Notes: a model not told the origin generated them from the sequence alone. 64,000 bases of DNA from an uncultured Candidatus Rokubacteria bacterium (GCA_963708025.1 CAVPSB010000002.1:224001-288000); one strand, 5' to 3'; shown: positions 1-11,754, counted from the stretch's first letter. Program-made: numbers and translations.

Positions 1-419
1 CGGTCGAGTACGTCGTGACGCCGTACATGGCCAGCGAGTACGCCCACGGCGTCGAGGAGAACTGCGAGTGGTTCCACTCGCCGGAGTCCCCATCCGGGCG
101 GCAGATCCGGCCGCCGACCATGATCCACGTGGACAAGATGCGATTGCTCGAGAAGAACTGCCTCAAGGAGCAGCGCATCGCGGGGGCCAAGGGGCCGCAC
201 GCCCGCATCCACTACGAGTACCACGCGCGTCACCACAGTCCGGCGTTCGTCGGGGAGCGCCTGATCGTCAGCGGTCGCATCGCCGACCGATACGTGAAGC
301 GCGGCCGGACCTACCTCTGGTACGAGATGGAGGTGCGCACCGGTGACGGCCGGCTCGTCACCACGTACTCGGACCGCACGCTGCTCAGCTACGTGCCGGC
401 TCAGGAGGCGACGCGATGA
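1..419 (+). CDS. MaoC/hot-dog fold dehydratase-like protein (5' end probably outside window)
   Basis: Hot-dog-type C-terminus 'HSPAFVGERLIVSGRIADRYVKRGRTYLWYEMEV'; overlaps next gene (ATGA). Confidence 0.7.
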   Translation, partial: VEYVVTPYMASEYAHGVEENCEWFHSPESPSGRQIRPPTMIHVDKMRLLEKNCLKEQRIAGAKGPHARIHYEYHARHHSPAFVGERLIVSGRIADRYVKRGRTYLWYEMEVRTGDGRLVTTYSDRTLLSYVPAQEATR

Positions 420-880
420 CCAAGGCGGGCGCCGCCGGCGACCTCGAGGTGGGGGCCGAGCTGACCGGACCGGTCCGGGTCATGACCCGCGAGCGGATCC
501 GCTGGTACGACGACGCCATGCTGTCGGCAGCCAGCGGTCAGTCCGTCCGCGCCGGAGCCAACATCCACACCGACGACGACTACGCGCGCTCTCAGGGCCT
601 GCCGGCGGTGATCGCCGACGGGATGATCACGACGAACTGGATGTCGGAGATGCTCGTCGCGCGCTTCGGCATGGGCTACCTCGAGCGAGGGGAGCTCCGC
701 ACCAAGTTCATCAAGCCGATCTACCTCGGCGCGGTCGTCTCGGTCCGGGGACGGGTGCGCTCGGTGGAGCGGACGGCGGGCGGCGCCACCCAGTACGTCC
801 TCGACGTCTGGTGCGAGGACCAGCACGGGGTGAAGGTGACGGACGGGGACGCCCGGGTGGAAGCGAGCGCCCGGCGGTGA
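416..880 (+). CDS. MaoC family dehydratase
   Basis: 'NIHTDDDYARSQGLPAVIADGM' hydratase-2-like motif. Confidence 0.85.
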   Translation: MTKAGAAGDLEVGAELTGPVRVMTRERIRWYDDAMLSAASGQSVRAGANIHTDDDYARSQGLPAVIADGMITTNWMSEMLVARFGMGYLERGELRTKFIKPIYLGAVVSVRGRVRSVERTAGGATQYVLDVWCEDQHGVKVTDGDARVEASARR

Positions 881-1812
881 AGCCGGCGGGCGGGGCCGGG
901 GACCGGGCGACGCCCGGCGGAGCGGGGAGGGTCGGCCGGCGGCGGCGGGTCGATCTGCTGCCCTACGCGCTCATCGCGCCGATCCTCGTGCTGCTGCTGG
1001 CCGTCAGCCTCTATCCCGGCCTGTACGCCATCCGGCTCGCCCTGACCGACGCCTCGCTGCTGAGGCCGGCCCAGGCCCGGTTCGTCGGGCTCCAGAACTT
1101 CGCGCGCATGGCCGGCGACCCGGTCTTCCTCCAGGGTCTCTGGCGCACGGCGCGGTGGGACGCGGCGGTCGTCCTGACCCAGCTGGCCATCGCGCTGCCG
1201 GTCGCGCTGTTCCTCAACCTCGGCTTCCGGGGGCGGGGGGTGGTGCGGGCGGCGGTGGTGGTCCCCTACGTCATCCCGCCGGCGGTGACGGCGCTCCTGT
1301 GGGTGTACATGTTCGACGGGACCTTCGGCGTCGCCAACGACCTCATGGTGCGACTGGGCCTCCTCGGGCAGTACGTGTCGTGGCTGAGCGATCCCGGCGG
1401 CAGCTTCGCCGTGCTGGTGGCGGCGATGGTCTGGTCCGGCCAGCCGCTGATGGTCATCATCCTGCTGGCGGTGCTGCAGACCATCCCCCGGGAGCTGTAC
1501 GAGGCGGCCAGCGTGGACGGCGCCAACCCCTGGCAGCGCTTCCGGCACGTCACGCTGCCCCGGCTGGTCCCGACCATGCTGTTCCTCCTGCTCATCCGGG
1601 CGATCTGGATGTCCAACCACATCGACCTGATCTTCATCATGACCCGCGGGGGCCCGGGCTTCAGCAACTACACCGAGGCGGTCTACAGCTTCATGCTGAC
1701 GAACCAGTTCGAGATCGGCTACTCGTCGGCGGTGGCGGTGGTGCTGGCCCTCATCCTCGTGGCCAGCTCCGCCCTGTACGTCCGGCGCCTGACCCGCACC
1801 GTCCTGGCATGA
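877..1812 (+). CDS. Carbohydrate ABC transporter permease
   Basis: EAA loop 'ELYEAASVDGANPWQRFRHVTLP'; GTGA overlap start at 877. Confidence 0.9.
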   Translation: MKPAGGAGDRATPGGAGRVGRRRRVDLLPYALIAPILVLLLAVSLYPGLYAIRLALTDASLLRPAQARFVGLQNFARMAGDPVFLQGLWRTARWDAAVVLTQLAIALPVALFLNLGFRGRGVVRAAVVVPYVIPPAVTALLWVYMFDGTFGVANDLMVRLGLLGQYVSWLSDPGGSFAVLVAAMVWSGQPLMVIILLAVLQTIPRELYEAASVDGANPWQRFRHVTLPRLVPTMLFLLLIRAIWMSNHIDLIFIMTRGGPGFSNYTEAVYSFMLTNQFEIGYSSAVAVVLALILVASSALYVRRLTRTVLA

Positions 1813-2663
1813 CGCGATGTCGGGTGGTGGCGCGCGCGTCGGTGGCGCTCGGCTCCACGGCCATCCTGGTGTTCTCCCTGGCGCCGTTTCTGTGGATCTT
1901 CATCGCGTCCATCACGCCGGAGGTGAGGGCGGACCTCTCGAAGCCGTGGCTCAGCGTCCGGCACGTGGAGTACTTCCCGGCCCAGCCGACGCTGCAGAAC
2001 TACCGCGACCTGTTCGGGAGCGTGCCCTTCGCCGTCTACTTCCGGAACAGCGCCATCGTGGCCAGCGGCACCATGGTCCTGGCCCTGACGGTCGCCAGCC
2101 TGGGGGCCTACGGCTTCGTGCGGTTCCGGTTCCGGTTCCGGGGCCCGCTGCTGGCGGCCGCCTTGCTGACGTACATGATCCCGAGCGTGGTCCTGCTGGT
2201 GCCGCTCCTGGTGATCTTCCGGGGCTACGGCCTGATCAACACCTACCAGGGGCTGATCCTGGCCGAGGCGACCAACACGGCGCCGTTCGCGCTGCTCTTG
2301 ATGATCAACTACTTCGCCACCCTGCCGCGGGACCTGGAGGAGGCGGCGCAGGTGGACGGGTGCGGCCGGCTGGGGACCCTGGTCCGGATCGTCATCCCGT
2401 TGTCGGTCCCCGGCCTGGTGGCCGGGGGCGCGTTCGCCTTCATCGCGACCTGGAACAACTTCCTGTTCGCCTTTCTCTTCACGACCACGGACCGTGTGAA
2501 GACGCTGCCGGTGATCATGCGGCTCTTCGCCCTGGGCGAGCCGGCCGTCTGGGGCATCAGCGCGGCGGGAGCGATCCTGACCACGCTGCCGGTGGTGCTG
2601 CTGTTCCTGCTCTTCCAGCGCATGCTGATCAGCGGGCTGGCCGCGGGCGCGGTCAAGGGCTGA
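1809..2663 (+). CDS. Carbohydrate ABC transporter permease
   Basis: 'LEEAAQVDGC', ends 'GLAAGAVKG'; ATGA overlap. Confidence 0.9.
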   Translation: MTRCRVVARASVALGSTAILVFSLAPFLWIFIASITPEVRADLSKPWLSVRHVEYFPAQPTLQNYRDLFGSVPFAVYFRNSAIVASGTMVLALTVASLGAYGFVRFRFRFRGPLLAAALLTYMIPSVVLLVPLLVIFRGYGLINTYQGLILAEATNTAPFALLLMINYFATLPRDLEEAAQVDGCGRLGTLVRIVIPLSVPGLVAGGAFAFIATWNNFLFAFLFTTTDRVKTLPVIMRLFALGEPAVWGISAAGAILTTLPVVLLFLLFQRMLISGLAAGAVKG

Positions 2664-2830
2664 AGATCGGGGGGGCCTCGGAAGGCCCCCCGAGGCCCCC
2701 CCTCGGAGGCCGCGACTGCTGGACGGCCTTCGGCCTGTGGGCCGCGGCTCGGAGCGGAACGCCAGGGCCGCGCGGCCGGGACCTGGGGGTTGCGAGAAGC
2801 CGGTGGGCGGCAGGACTGGGAGCGACCGGT
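2664..2830 (+). repeat. Structured intergenic repeat family A, full copy
   Basis: G-run/C-run hairpin, GGACGGCCTTCGGCCT, GGAGCGGAAC and GTTGCGAGAAGCCG blocks shared with copies at 27117, 44466, 48248, 59560, 61170. Confidence 0.85.
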
Positions 2831-2876
2831 GTTGACGGACGCTGAGGGGACAGCCTCGGCTCGGAGGAGGTGCTCG

Positions 2877-4178
2877 GTGAAGGCAAACGCGATCTCGCGA
2901 CGTGATGCCCTTCGTGTCATCGGCGGTGCCGGTCTGGTGGCGAACGGGGGGGCGTCACTCCTGGCGCGGCCGCGACCGGCCGCGGCCCAGGCGGCGGCGC
3001 CGGCCGTCCGCAAGAAGGTGAAGCTCGCGTACTGGACGTGGGCCGACAACCCGGTGCATCAGAAGATGATCGTGGACTCGGTCGACTCGTTCAACAAGGC
3101 CCAGGGCTTCGTCACGGTCGAGCTGGACGCCACCGCGGCGGTGATGGAGGTGCGCAAGAAGATCGTCGTCGCCGCCGCCGCCGGGTCGGCGCCGGACGTG
3201 GGGGGCACGGTCCAGACCCACGTCCAGGACTGGTACGACAACGGCATCCTCCACCCGGCCGACGAGTTCTTCGGGAAGTGGGCCGAGCGGGCCGACTACT
3301 TCCCGAACGTGGTCGACGCGATGCGATCGAAGCCGGGCCAGCCGGTGCTGTACATGCCCAACGCGATCCTCCCCTACGTCCTGTACTACCGGGCGGACTG
3401 GTTCCAGGAGGCGAAGGTCAGCCCGCCGGTGACGTATCCCGAGTTCATCGAGGCCGCGCGGAAGCTGAGCAAGCCGCCGGAGCGGGCCGGCTACGCCATC
3501 CGGGGGGGCGACTATTTCGGGCTCCAGGTGATCGAGCCCATCTGGGCGAGCGCCGGGGTGAAGTTCGTCGACGAGAGCGGGAAGGTGGACTTCGACTCGC
3601 CCGATGCGATCGCGGTCACCGAGAAGTGGGTCGGGATGTACACCACGGACAAGTCGGCCCAGGCGACCGCCGTCAACGACCGCTATCCGCAGCTGTTCGC
3701 GCTCATGGAGGGCAGCCGGGCGGCCATGTGGATCTACGGCACCCACGCCAATCCCCAGCTCGACGCCGCGCTGGGGGCCCGGATCCAGGCGGTCCCGACC
3801 CCGCGGGTGAAGGACCGGCCCTACATGCTGGCGAACCCGGAAGGCCTCATGATCCTCAGCGCCTGCAAGGAGAAGGAGGCCGCCTGGGAGTTCGTCGTCC
3901 ACATGTCGTCCGGCCAGCCGGCCCGGGTCTTCACCCAGGGCCGTGGCCTCCTGCCGGTCCGGAAGTCGATTGCGGCCGAGCCCGTCTTCCAGCAGAACCG
4001 CTTCTTCAAAGTGGCGGCGGCCTCGGCCGCCACCTGGTGGAGGCCGCCCTTCTCCCACAAGCACTGGGCCAACTACCAGGACAAGATCGCGCCCTACTGG
4101 CAGCAGGCCCTGCGCCAGGAGATCTCGGTGAAGGACTTCCACGTCCAGGCGGCGAAGTTCCTGCGCGGCGAGGCGTGA
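2877..4178 (+). CDS. Sugar ABC transporter substrate-binding protein (Tat signal)
   Basis: 'ISRRDAL' Tat motif; SBP_bac_1-like; AGGAGG RBS before GTG 2877. Confidence 0.88.
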   Translation: MKANAISRRDALRVIGGAGLVANGGASLLARPRPAAAQAAAPAVRKKVKLAYWTWADNPVHQKMIVDSVDSFNKAQGFVTVELDATAAVMEVRKKIVVAAAAGSAPDVGGTVQTHVQDWYDNGILHPADEFFGKWAERADYFPNVVDAMRSKPGQPVLYMPNAILPYVLYYRADWFQEAKVSPPVTYPEFIEAARKLSKPPERAGYAIRGGDYFGLQVIEPIWASAGVKFVDESGKVDFDSPDAIAVTEKWVGMYTTDKSAQATAVNDRYPQLFALMEGSRAAMWIYGTHANPQLDAALGARIQAVPTPRVKDRPYMLANPEGLMILSACKEKEAAWEFVVHMSSGQPARVFTQGRGLLPVRKSIAAEPVFQQNRFFKVAAASAATWWRPPFSHKHWANYQDKIAPYWQQALRQEISVKDFHVQAAKFLRGEA

Positions 4179-4235
4179 GCCGGCGCCGCCGTCCATCCGG
4201 ACGGCCCGGCGGCGCCCCCCCGACGGCGAGGGTTC

Positions 4236-5738
4236 GTGGAGGCCTTTCACAGCCTGATCAGCGGCTTCGCGGTCGCCTTGCGACCGGAGAACCTCCTGTT
4301 CGCGCTGGCCGGCTGCGTCATCGGGACGGTGGTCGGCGTGCTGCCGGGGATCGGCCCGATCGCCGGCATGGCGATCCTGCTCCCGCTCACGTTCAAGCTG
4401 GACGCGACCGGCGCCATCATCATGCTGTCGGCGATCTACTACGGCGCGATGTACGGGGGGACGATCACCAGCGTCCTCCTGAACGTGCCGGGCGAGGGCG
4501 CCTCCGCCGTCACCGCCATCGACGGCTACCAGATGGCCCGGCAGGGGCGGGCGGGGGCGGCGCTGGCCGTCGCCGCCATCGGCTCCTTCGTGGGGGGGAC
4601 GCTGGCCACGGTGGCGCTGGTCGTGGCGGCGCCCCCCCTGGCCACCGTCGCGCTGCGCTTCGGGCCGCCGGAGTTCTTCGGCCTCATGGTCCTCGGGCTG
4701 TGCCTGCTGGTGGGACTGTCGGGACGGTCGCTGCTCATGGGGCTGATCAGCGCGTTGTTCGGGCTGGCCCTCTCGGTCCCCGGGACCGACGTCGTCGAGG
4801 GCACCCCGCGCCTGACCTTCGGCGTCCTCGACCTTCTCGACGGGATCAACTTCGTGCCGGTGATCATGGGGCTGTTCGGCATCGGTGAGATCCTGTTCAA
4901 CGCGGAGGGGACGGCGCCCCGGGTCTTCGAGGCCCGGGTGACCTCCCGGATGCTCACGGCCGGCGAGCTGAGGGAGTCGGTGGGACCCATCCTCCGGGGG
5001 ACGGGGATCGGGCTCTTCCTGGGCCTGGTGCCCGGCATCGGGACGATCATCCCCACGCTGGCGTCGTACGCCGTGGAGCGGAAGCTCTCGCGGCACCCGG
5101 AGCGGTTCGGGCACGGCGCGATCGCGGGGGTGGCGGGACCGGAGACGGCGAACAACGCCTACGCGAACGGGGCCATGATCCCGCTGTTCACGCTGGGCGT
5201 GCCCGCCTCGCCCACGATCGCCGTCCTGCTCGGCGCCTTCATGATGAACGGGCTGACCCCCGGCCCCTTCCTCTTCAAGGAGCGGCCGGACTTCGTGTGG
5301 GCGGTCATCGCCAGCCTCTACGTCGGCAACGTGATCCTGCTGGTGCTGAACCTGCCGCTGGTGGGCCTGTGGGTGAGCGTTTTGAAGGTCCCGTACTCGA
5401 TCCTCTTCCCGCTGATCCTGAGCTTCACGCTGGTCGGCTCGTACAGCGTCAGCCACAGCCTGTTCGACGTCGGGACGCTGATCGTCTTCGGCGTGCTGGG
5501 CTACCTGTTCAAGAAGCTCGACTTCCCGGTGACGCCCATGGCCTTCACCCTGATCCTCGGTCCGCTGACCGAGAAGGCGCTGCGGCAGTCCCTGTCGATG
5601 TCCGGCGGCGACCCGGCGATCCTCCTGCGGAGCGCCGTCGCGACCGGACTGCTGGTGGTGTCCGCGATCGCCCTGGCCGTCCCGCTCTGGTCGTGGCTCC
5701 GGCGGGCCGGCGCCCGGTACCGGAGCGCCTCGGCGTAG
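4236..5738 (+). CDS. tctA: Tripartite tricarboxylate transporter large permease
   Basis: 'GVLPGIGP', 'GPETANNA', 'TLGVP' motifs; 500 aa. Confidence 0.95.
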   Translation: MEAFHSLISGFAVALRPENLLFALAGCVIGTVVGVLPGIGPIAGMAILLPLTFKLDATGAIIMLSAIYYGAMYGGTITSVLLNVPGEGASAVTAIDGYQMARQGRAGAALAVAAIGSFVGGTLATVALVVAAPPLATVALRFGPPEFFGLMVLGLCLLVGLSGRSLLMGLISALFGLALSVPGTDVVEGTPRLTFGVLDLLDGINFVPVIMGLFGIGEILFNAEGTAPRVFEARVTSRMLTAGELRESVGPILRGTGIGLFLGLVPGIGTIIPTLASYAVERKLSRHPERFGHGAIAGVAGPETANNAYANGAMIPLFTLGVPASPTIAVLLGAFMMNGLTPGPFLFKERPDFVWAVIASLYVGNVILLVLNLPLVGLWVSVLKVPYSILFPLILSFTLVGSYSVSHSLFDVGTLIVFGVLGYLFKKLDFPVTPMAFTLILGPLTEKALRQSLSMSGGDPAILLRSAVATGLLVVSAIALAVPLWSWLRRAGARYRSASA

Positions 5739-5765
5739 CCGGGCGGGAGACACGAAGGAGGAGCG

Positions 5766-6731
5766 ATGGAGCATCTGAAGCTGGCTCTGGCGCTGACCGT
5801 GCTGCTCGGGCTGGCCGGCGGGACCGAGGCCGCCGAGAAGTACCCGACCCGGCCGATCCGGGTGATCGTGGGCTACTCGCCCGGCGGGTCGACCGACCTG
5901 GCGGCCCGGACCGTCGCCGCCCACATGGAGAAGACCCTCGGTCAGCCGATGACCGTCGAGAACCGACCGGGCGGGAACGGCGCGGTCGGCACCGGGGCGG
6001 TGGCCAAGGCGACCCCCGACGGGTACACGCTGGTGATGACGTCGGGCTCGATCCTCACCATCATGCCGTGGGTGGTGGACCTCGGCTTCGATCCGCTGGA
6101 GCTCGCCTTCATCGGCGCCACCCACGAGTCGCTGCACGCGCAGCTGGTCCGCGCCGACAGCCCGTGGAAGACCGTCCAGGAGCTGGCCGCCTGGGCGAAG
6201 GCGAACTCCGGCAAGCTGGTTCACGCCACCTCGGGCGGCTTCGGCATCAACGACATCGGGATGGCCCAGCTGGCCCGGGCCGCCGGCGGCTTCGAGTACC
6301 GGACCCTGCCGACCGGCGGGGGCTCGGAACAGATCCTGAAGCTGCTGGCCGGCGACGCCCAGACGGAGCAGAACTCGGCGGCGCCGTCGCTGCCCCACAT
6401 CCGGTCCGGCGCCGTGCGGGCCCTGCTCGTCCTCAGCCCGTCGTGGCCCGAGCTGGAGCGGATGGGCGTGCCGCTGAGCAAGGACGTGTACGGCTTCACC
6501 GTCCGGAACCTGTCGTCGATGGCCGGACCGCCCGGGCTGCCCGAGGAGATCCGGCAGACCCTCGAGGACGCGCTGCGGAAGGCCATGGAGGACCGGGGCG
6601 TGATGGAGCAGATGCAGAAGATCGGGGAGCTGGTGGGCTTCAAGACCGGCGCCCAGATCCGGGAGGCGGTCAAGCAGGTGCAGGCCGAGCACCGCGCCAT
6701 GGTCGAGCAGCTCGGCCGCCGCAAGAAGTGA
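5766..6731 (+). CDS. tctC: Tripartite tricarboxylate transporter binding protein (Bug)
   Basis: 'YPTRPIRVIVGYSPGGSTDLAAR', 'VENRPGGNG', 'PDGYTL'. Confidence 0.93.
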   Translation: MEHLKLALALTVLLGLAGGTEAAEKYPTRPIRVIVGYSPGGSTDLAARTVAAHMEKTLGQPMTVENRPGGNGAVGTGAVAKATPDGYTLVMTSGSILTIMPWVVDLGFDPLELAFIGATHESLHAQLVRADSPWKTVQELAAWAKANSGKLVHATSGGFGINDIGMAQLARAAGGFEYRTLPTGGGSEQILKLLAGDAQTEQNSAAPSLPHIRSGAVRALLVLSPSWPELERMGVPLSKDVYGFTVRNLSSMAGPPGLPEEIRQTLEDALRKAMEDRGVMEQMQKIGELVGFKTGAQIREAVKQVQAEHRAMVEQLGRRKK

Positions 6732-6744
6732 ATGTCCTGTCCGC

Positions 6745-6790
6745 TCCCTCTCCCTCCCGCGGGAGGGAGAGGGTCGGGGTGAGGGAGGGG
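6745..6790. repeat. Palindromic repeat family D (CCCTCACCC..CCCTCTCCC type)
   Basis: CCCTCTCCCTCCCGCGGGAGGGAGAGGG hairpin followed by GGGGTGAGGG; related to 15660 and 16942. Confidence 0.7.
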
Positions 6791-6813
6791 CCGACTCTTT
6801 CGGCTCCGGGCCA

Positions 6814-7290
6814 ATGCGGCGCATCCACCAGGTCGTCAGCCTGAGCTTCCTGGGCCTCGGGGTCTTCCTGGTCCTCCAGGGCCGGGCCCTGGGCCTGGCC
6901 GGGCAGTTCGGCCCGGGGCCGGGATTCTTCGCGTTCTGGGTGGGCATCGGGCTGGCGGGCCTGAGCCTGGTGTGGCTCGGCCGGGCGACGCTGGGACCGG
7001 CGGAGGCGATGCCGCCGGACTTCGTGCCGCCACGGAGCGGGCTGCTGCGCGTCGTCTCGGTCGTGCTCGCGCTGGTCGCCTTCGCGGCGGTGCTGACGCC
7101 GCTCGGCTTCAACCTGGCCATGTTCGGGTTCCTCGTCTTTCTCTTGCTGGCCTTCGGCCGGGAGTACGCGGGCCTGAAGCTCGTCGTCGCCGTCGCCGGG
7201 AGCTTCGGGATCCACTACGTGTTCGAGCGGCTGCTCAGGGTGCCGCTGCCGTACGCGTCGGTGAGCCTGCTCCGGGACCTGGGCCTGTGA
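6814..7290 (+). CDS. tctB: Tripartite tricarboxylate transporter small subunit
   Basis: 'GPGPGFF', several TM helices, 'VFERLLRVPLP'. Confidence 0.9.
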   Translation: MRRIHQVVSLSFLGLGVFLVLQGRALGLAGQFGPGPGFFAFWVGIGLAGLSLVWLGRATLGPAEAMPPDFVPPRSGLLRVVSVVLALVAFAAVLTPLGFNLAMFGFLVFLLLAFGREYAGLKLVVAVAGSFGIHYVFERLLRVPLPYASVSLLRDLGL

Positions 7291-7304
7291 GGATCCCTGG
7301 CGCT

Positions 7305-7345
7305 GGGGGGTATCGGGGGGGCTTCCGAGACCCCCCGAATCATCT
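7305..7345 (+). repeat. Partial family A repeat (first hairpin only)
   Basis: TCGGGGGGGCTTCCGAGACCCCCCGA just after tctB stop. Confidence 0.65.
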
Positions 7346-7410
7346 AGAGTAGCCGTCGCGAGCGTGGCCACCGACCAAGGGGCGGAGGTGGGCCCCGACT
7401 GGAGATCCCG

Positions 7411-8640
7411 ATGACGGCCGTGGCATCCCGCAACATCCGGTTCGTGGGCCATTCGGACCAGGGCGGCCGGAGCGACGGCGTCCAGGTCATGGTGCACCGG
7501 GGCTACGCCTACGTCGGCCACGGCTTCAGCAACGGCATCACGGTCGTGGACGTGCGGGACCCGAAGCACCCGCGGGTGGTCGACTTCATCGCCTGTCCGC
7601 CCAACACCCGCGCCATCCACCTCCAGACGCACGAGGATCTGCTGCTGGCGGTCAACGGGCCGAGCGTCTGGCACATGCAGGAGTTCCAGAACCTCCAGAG
7701 CTACTTCGCCGCGTCGCCGGCCGACGTGCTGAAGGACCGGGCGGGCAGCTTCGCCGCGGGGATCCGGGTCTACGACATCTCCCGGCCCGAGAAGCCGGCC
7801 GAGATCGGGTTCATGCCGGTGGAGGGCATCGGACCGCACCGGATCTGGTACACGGGCGGCCGGTACGCCTACGCCTCGATCCACTTCGCGGACTTCACCG
7901 ACCACATCCTCGCGGTCGTGGACGTGTCCAACCCCCGGAAGCCCGAGGTCGCCGGCCGCTGGTGGATCCCCGGCATGTGGCGCGGCGGGTCCGAGACGCC
8001 GACCTGGCGCACGGGGCGGCGCTATGCCCTCCACCACGCCCTGGTGGCCGGCAACCTCGCCTATGGCGCCTGGCGCGACGGCGGCCTCACCGTGCTCGAC
8101 GTCGCCGACCCGACCCGACCCCGGCTGATCGTGCATCGCAACTGGGACCCGCCGTTCGGCGGTGGGACCCACTCGCCGCTGCCCCTGCCCGATCGCAACC
8201 TGCTCGTCGTCGGCGACGAGCCCACCAGCGCCAACTGCAGCCAGGGCCTGCGCTACGTCTGGGTCTTCGACGTCCGCGAGCCGGCCAACCCCGTCAGCAT
8301 CGCCACCTGTCCCACGCCGGCCGAGGCGGACTACTGCGCCAAGGGCGGCAACTTCGGCCCGCACAACCTCCACGAGAACCGGCCGGGGGCGCTCCAGAGC
8401 TCGCGTCTGATCTTCGCCACCTACTACAACGCGGGGGTGCGCGTCTACGACATCGAGAACCCGTTCCAGCCGCGCGAGGTCGGCTTCTACGTGCCGGCCG
8501 ATCCCGAGCGGATGGTCGACCCGCGGCCGAACCGGCCCCGGGTGATCCAGTCCTGCGATTGCTACGTGGACCCCAGCGGGCTCATGTACGTGACCGACAG
8601 CAACGCCGGCCTCAACATCCTGCAATTCGAGGGTCCCTGA
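7411..8640 (+). CDS. LVIVD-repeat beta-propeller protein
   Basis: Repeated 'AYV...GITVVDVRDPKHP', 'GIRVYDISRPEKP', 'GLTVLDVADPTRP' units; conserved His residues. Confidence 0.85.
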   Translation: MTAVASRNIRFVGHSDQGGRSDGVQVMVHRGYAYVGHGFSNGITVVDVRDPKHPRVVDFIACPPNTRAIHLQTHEDLLLAVNGPSVWHMQEFQNLQSYFAASPADVLKDRAGSFAAGIRVYDISRPEKPAEIGFMPVEGIGPHRIWYTGGRYAYASIHFADFTDHILAVVDVSNPRKPEVAGRWWIPGMWRGGSETPTWRTGRRYALHHALVAGNLAYGAWRDGGLTVLDVADPTRPRLIVHRNWDPPFGGGTHSPLPLPDRNLLVVGDEPTSANCSQGLRYVWVFDVREPANPVSIATCPTPAEADYCAKGGNFGPHNLHENRPGALQSSRLIFATYYNAGVRVYDIENPFQPREVGFYVPADPERMVDPRPNRPRVIQSCDCYVDPSGLMYVTDSNAGLNILQFEGP

Positions 8641-8660
8641 CCGGGACCGGGAGGGATACG

Positions 8661-9834
8661 ATGCGACGACAACGGATCCGGCTCGCGCTCGCGGTGGTGC
8701 TGCTCGTCCTGGGGGCGGCGGCGGTCCCGGCATCGGCCCAGGACGTCGTCAGGCTCGCCATCGTCGCCGAGATCACCGGGGGCGGCGCCCCCTCGGGGAC
8801 CATGTGGCGCGACGGGGTGATCCTGGCGGCCGAGGACCTCAACAAGAAGGGCGGGATCATGGGACGCCGCCTGGAGACGTCCGTCATGGACACCCAGTCG
8901 GACCCCCCGACCTCCGTCGCGGTGATGCGGCGGGCGGTCAACGAGCGCCCGTTCGCCGTCATGGGGACGGTGTACAGCTCCAGCACCGTGGCCAACATGG
9001 ACATCGCCCGGCAGGCCGGCATCCCCCAGATCAGCGGCTCCGAGTCGGTGCTGGTCGTCCAGAAGGGGAACCCCAACATCTTCCTGACGTCCTTCAGCCA
9101 GCAGGTCGGGTTCGCCAAGCTGGTCCGCTGGCTGGTGGAGGACCTCAAGGCCGAGAAGATCGCCCTGATCTACGTGAACAACGCCTTCGGCAAGGGCGGG
9201 CGGGAGATGTTCCTGAAGTTCCTCAAGGACCGCGGCAAGTCGGTGGTGGCCGACATCTCCACCGAGGTGCAGCAGGCCGACTTCACGCCGGAGCTGACCC
9301 AGGTGCGGGCCGCCGGGGCCACCCACCTCATGGTCTACAACCACGAGGAGGAGAACGCGCGGATCATGATCCAGGTGCGCAAGATGGGGCTCGGTGTGGA
9401 GACGGTGGGGGACAACCTGTGCGCCCAGACCACCGTGGAAGCCGGCGGCGACGCGGTGAACGGCTCGAAGTGCCACGTCCCGATGACGGCGCTCTCGCCG
9501 ATCCCGAGCATGATGGAGGTGGGCAAGCGCCTGCAGGAGCGGTTCGGGCGGGTGCCGGATCACAACGCCTTCAAGGGGTACATCGGCGTGCACCTCCTGA
9601 AGGCGGCCGTCGAGCGGGTCGGGGCCTTCGACCAGGCCAAGATCCGCGACTGCCTCCACAACAACTTCTTCACCGACGGCCGACGAGCCCGGGCTCCTCA
9701 TGGACACCTACGTGGACGACAAGGGCGACGCCGACCGGCCCAGCTTCATCGTGGAGGTGAAGAACAAGCGGTCGGAGGTGACCAAGGTCCTGCCCTTGCT
9801 GGGCGGCCCGTACACCAAGCGCGCTTGTCGGTAG
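8661..9834 (+). CDS. Liv-type ABC substrate-binding protein, frameshift near 9677
   Basis: Signal peptide and LivK-like fold; continues in another frame '..ADEPGLLMDTYVDDKGDADRPSFIVEV..CR*' to TAG at 9834. Confidence 0.8.
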
Positions 9835-9839
9835 CGTTC

Positions 9840-9885
9840 CCGGGGGGGTCGTCCGAGACCCCCCCGACGCCTTCCCCTCCGAGTC
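9840..9885 (+). repeat. Partial family A repeat
   Basis: CGGGGGGGTCGTCCGAGACCCCCCCG hairpin after stop codon. Confidence 0.6.
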
Positions 9886-9925
9886 AGGCGAGGACGACGC
9901 CCTGACCGACTTCGTCCAGCTCCTG

Positions 9926-10776
<851 letters not shown>

Positions 10777-10780
<4 letters not shown>

Positions 10781-11754
10781 ATGTCCTCGGCTGGCGGAGG
10801 TGGCCGGTCGGGAGGCTCCTGCCGCTGGTGGCGCTCGCGCTCGGCGCGCTGCTGCCCCTGGCGTTCGAGCAGTACAAGCTCTACGTGGCGAGCCTGACGC
10901 TCGTGTACCTGATCATGGCCATCGGGCTCAACCTCACCCTGGGCTACGCCGGTCAGATCTCGCTCGCGCACGCCGCGTTCATGTCCTTCGGGGCCTACCC
11001 GGTCGCGATCCTCGGCCAGCGGGGGCTGCCGATCGAGCTGGGCCTCCTCATCGGGGCCGGGCTCGGGTTCGGCTGGGGCCTCGTCGTCGGCTTCCCGGCG
11101 CTGAAGGTCAAGCATCACTACCTGGCCATGGTCACGCTCGGGTTCAACATCATCGTCTTCCTCGTGCTCCGGAACTGGGAGTCGCTGACCGGCGGCTCCT
11201 TCGGGATCTCGGGGATCGCCCGGCCGGCCTGGGGTCCGATCAGCTTCACATCCGACCGCGCCTATTACGTCTACATCCTGGGCTGGGCGGCGGTCGTGGT
11301 GGCCTCGGCGTACTGGATCCTGACCTCCCGGTGGGGGCGCGCCTTCCGGGCGATCCGGGAGAACGAGATGCGTGCCGAGGTGGTCGGGGTGAGCCTGCGG
11401 AACTACAAGCTGATGGCCTTCGCCATCGGCGCCGCCTACGCGGGGATCGGCGGGGCGCTCTTCGCGCCCCTGCTCGGCTACATCGATCCCGGCGCCTTCA
11501 CGCTCGACCGCTCGATCCAGTTCCTGATGATGGTCGTGATCGGCGGGCTGGGGCGGTTCGAGGGTCCCTTCATCGGGGCGGTGCTGGTGACGGTCCTGCC
11601 CGAGGTGCTGCGGGCCTCGGAGGGGCTGTACCTGGTCATCTACGCGGCGGCGGTCATGCTCCTGATGCTGTTCATGCCCAAGGGGCTGGTCGGGCTGTGG
11701 GATCGCGCGGTGGCCCTGCTGGGAGCACGCCCATCCTCGAAATTCGGGACCTGA
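10777..11754 (+). CDS. livM: Branched-chain amino acid ABC permease (LivM family)
   Basis: 'GYAGQISLAHAAF', 'AIRENE', 'MVVIGG'. Confidence 0.9.

Noticed and set aside
2955-7121. 1388-aa minus-strand ORF and similar long overlapping ORFs (6670-8733, 32705-34861, 33190-35262, 49324-52530, 49574-52618)
   Set aside because: Shadow frames of well-supported genes in high-GC DNA; no recognisable motifs
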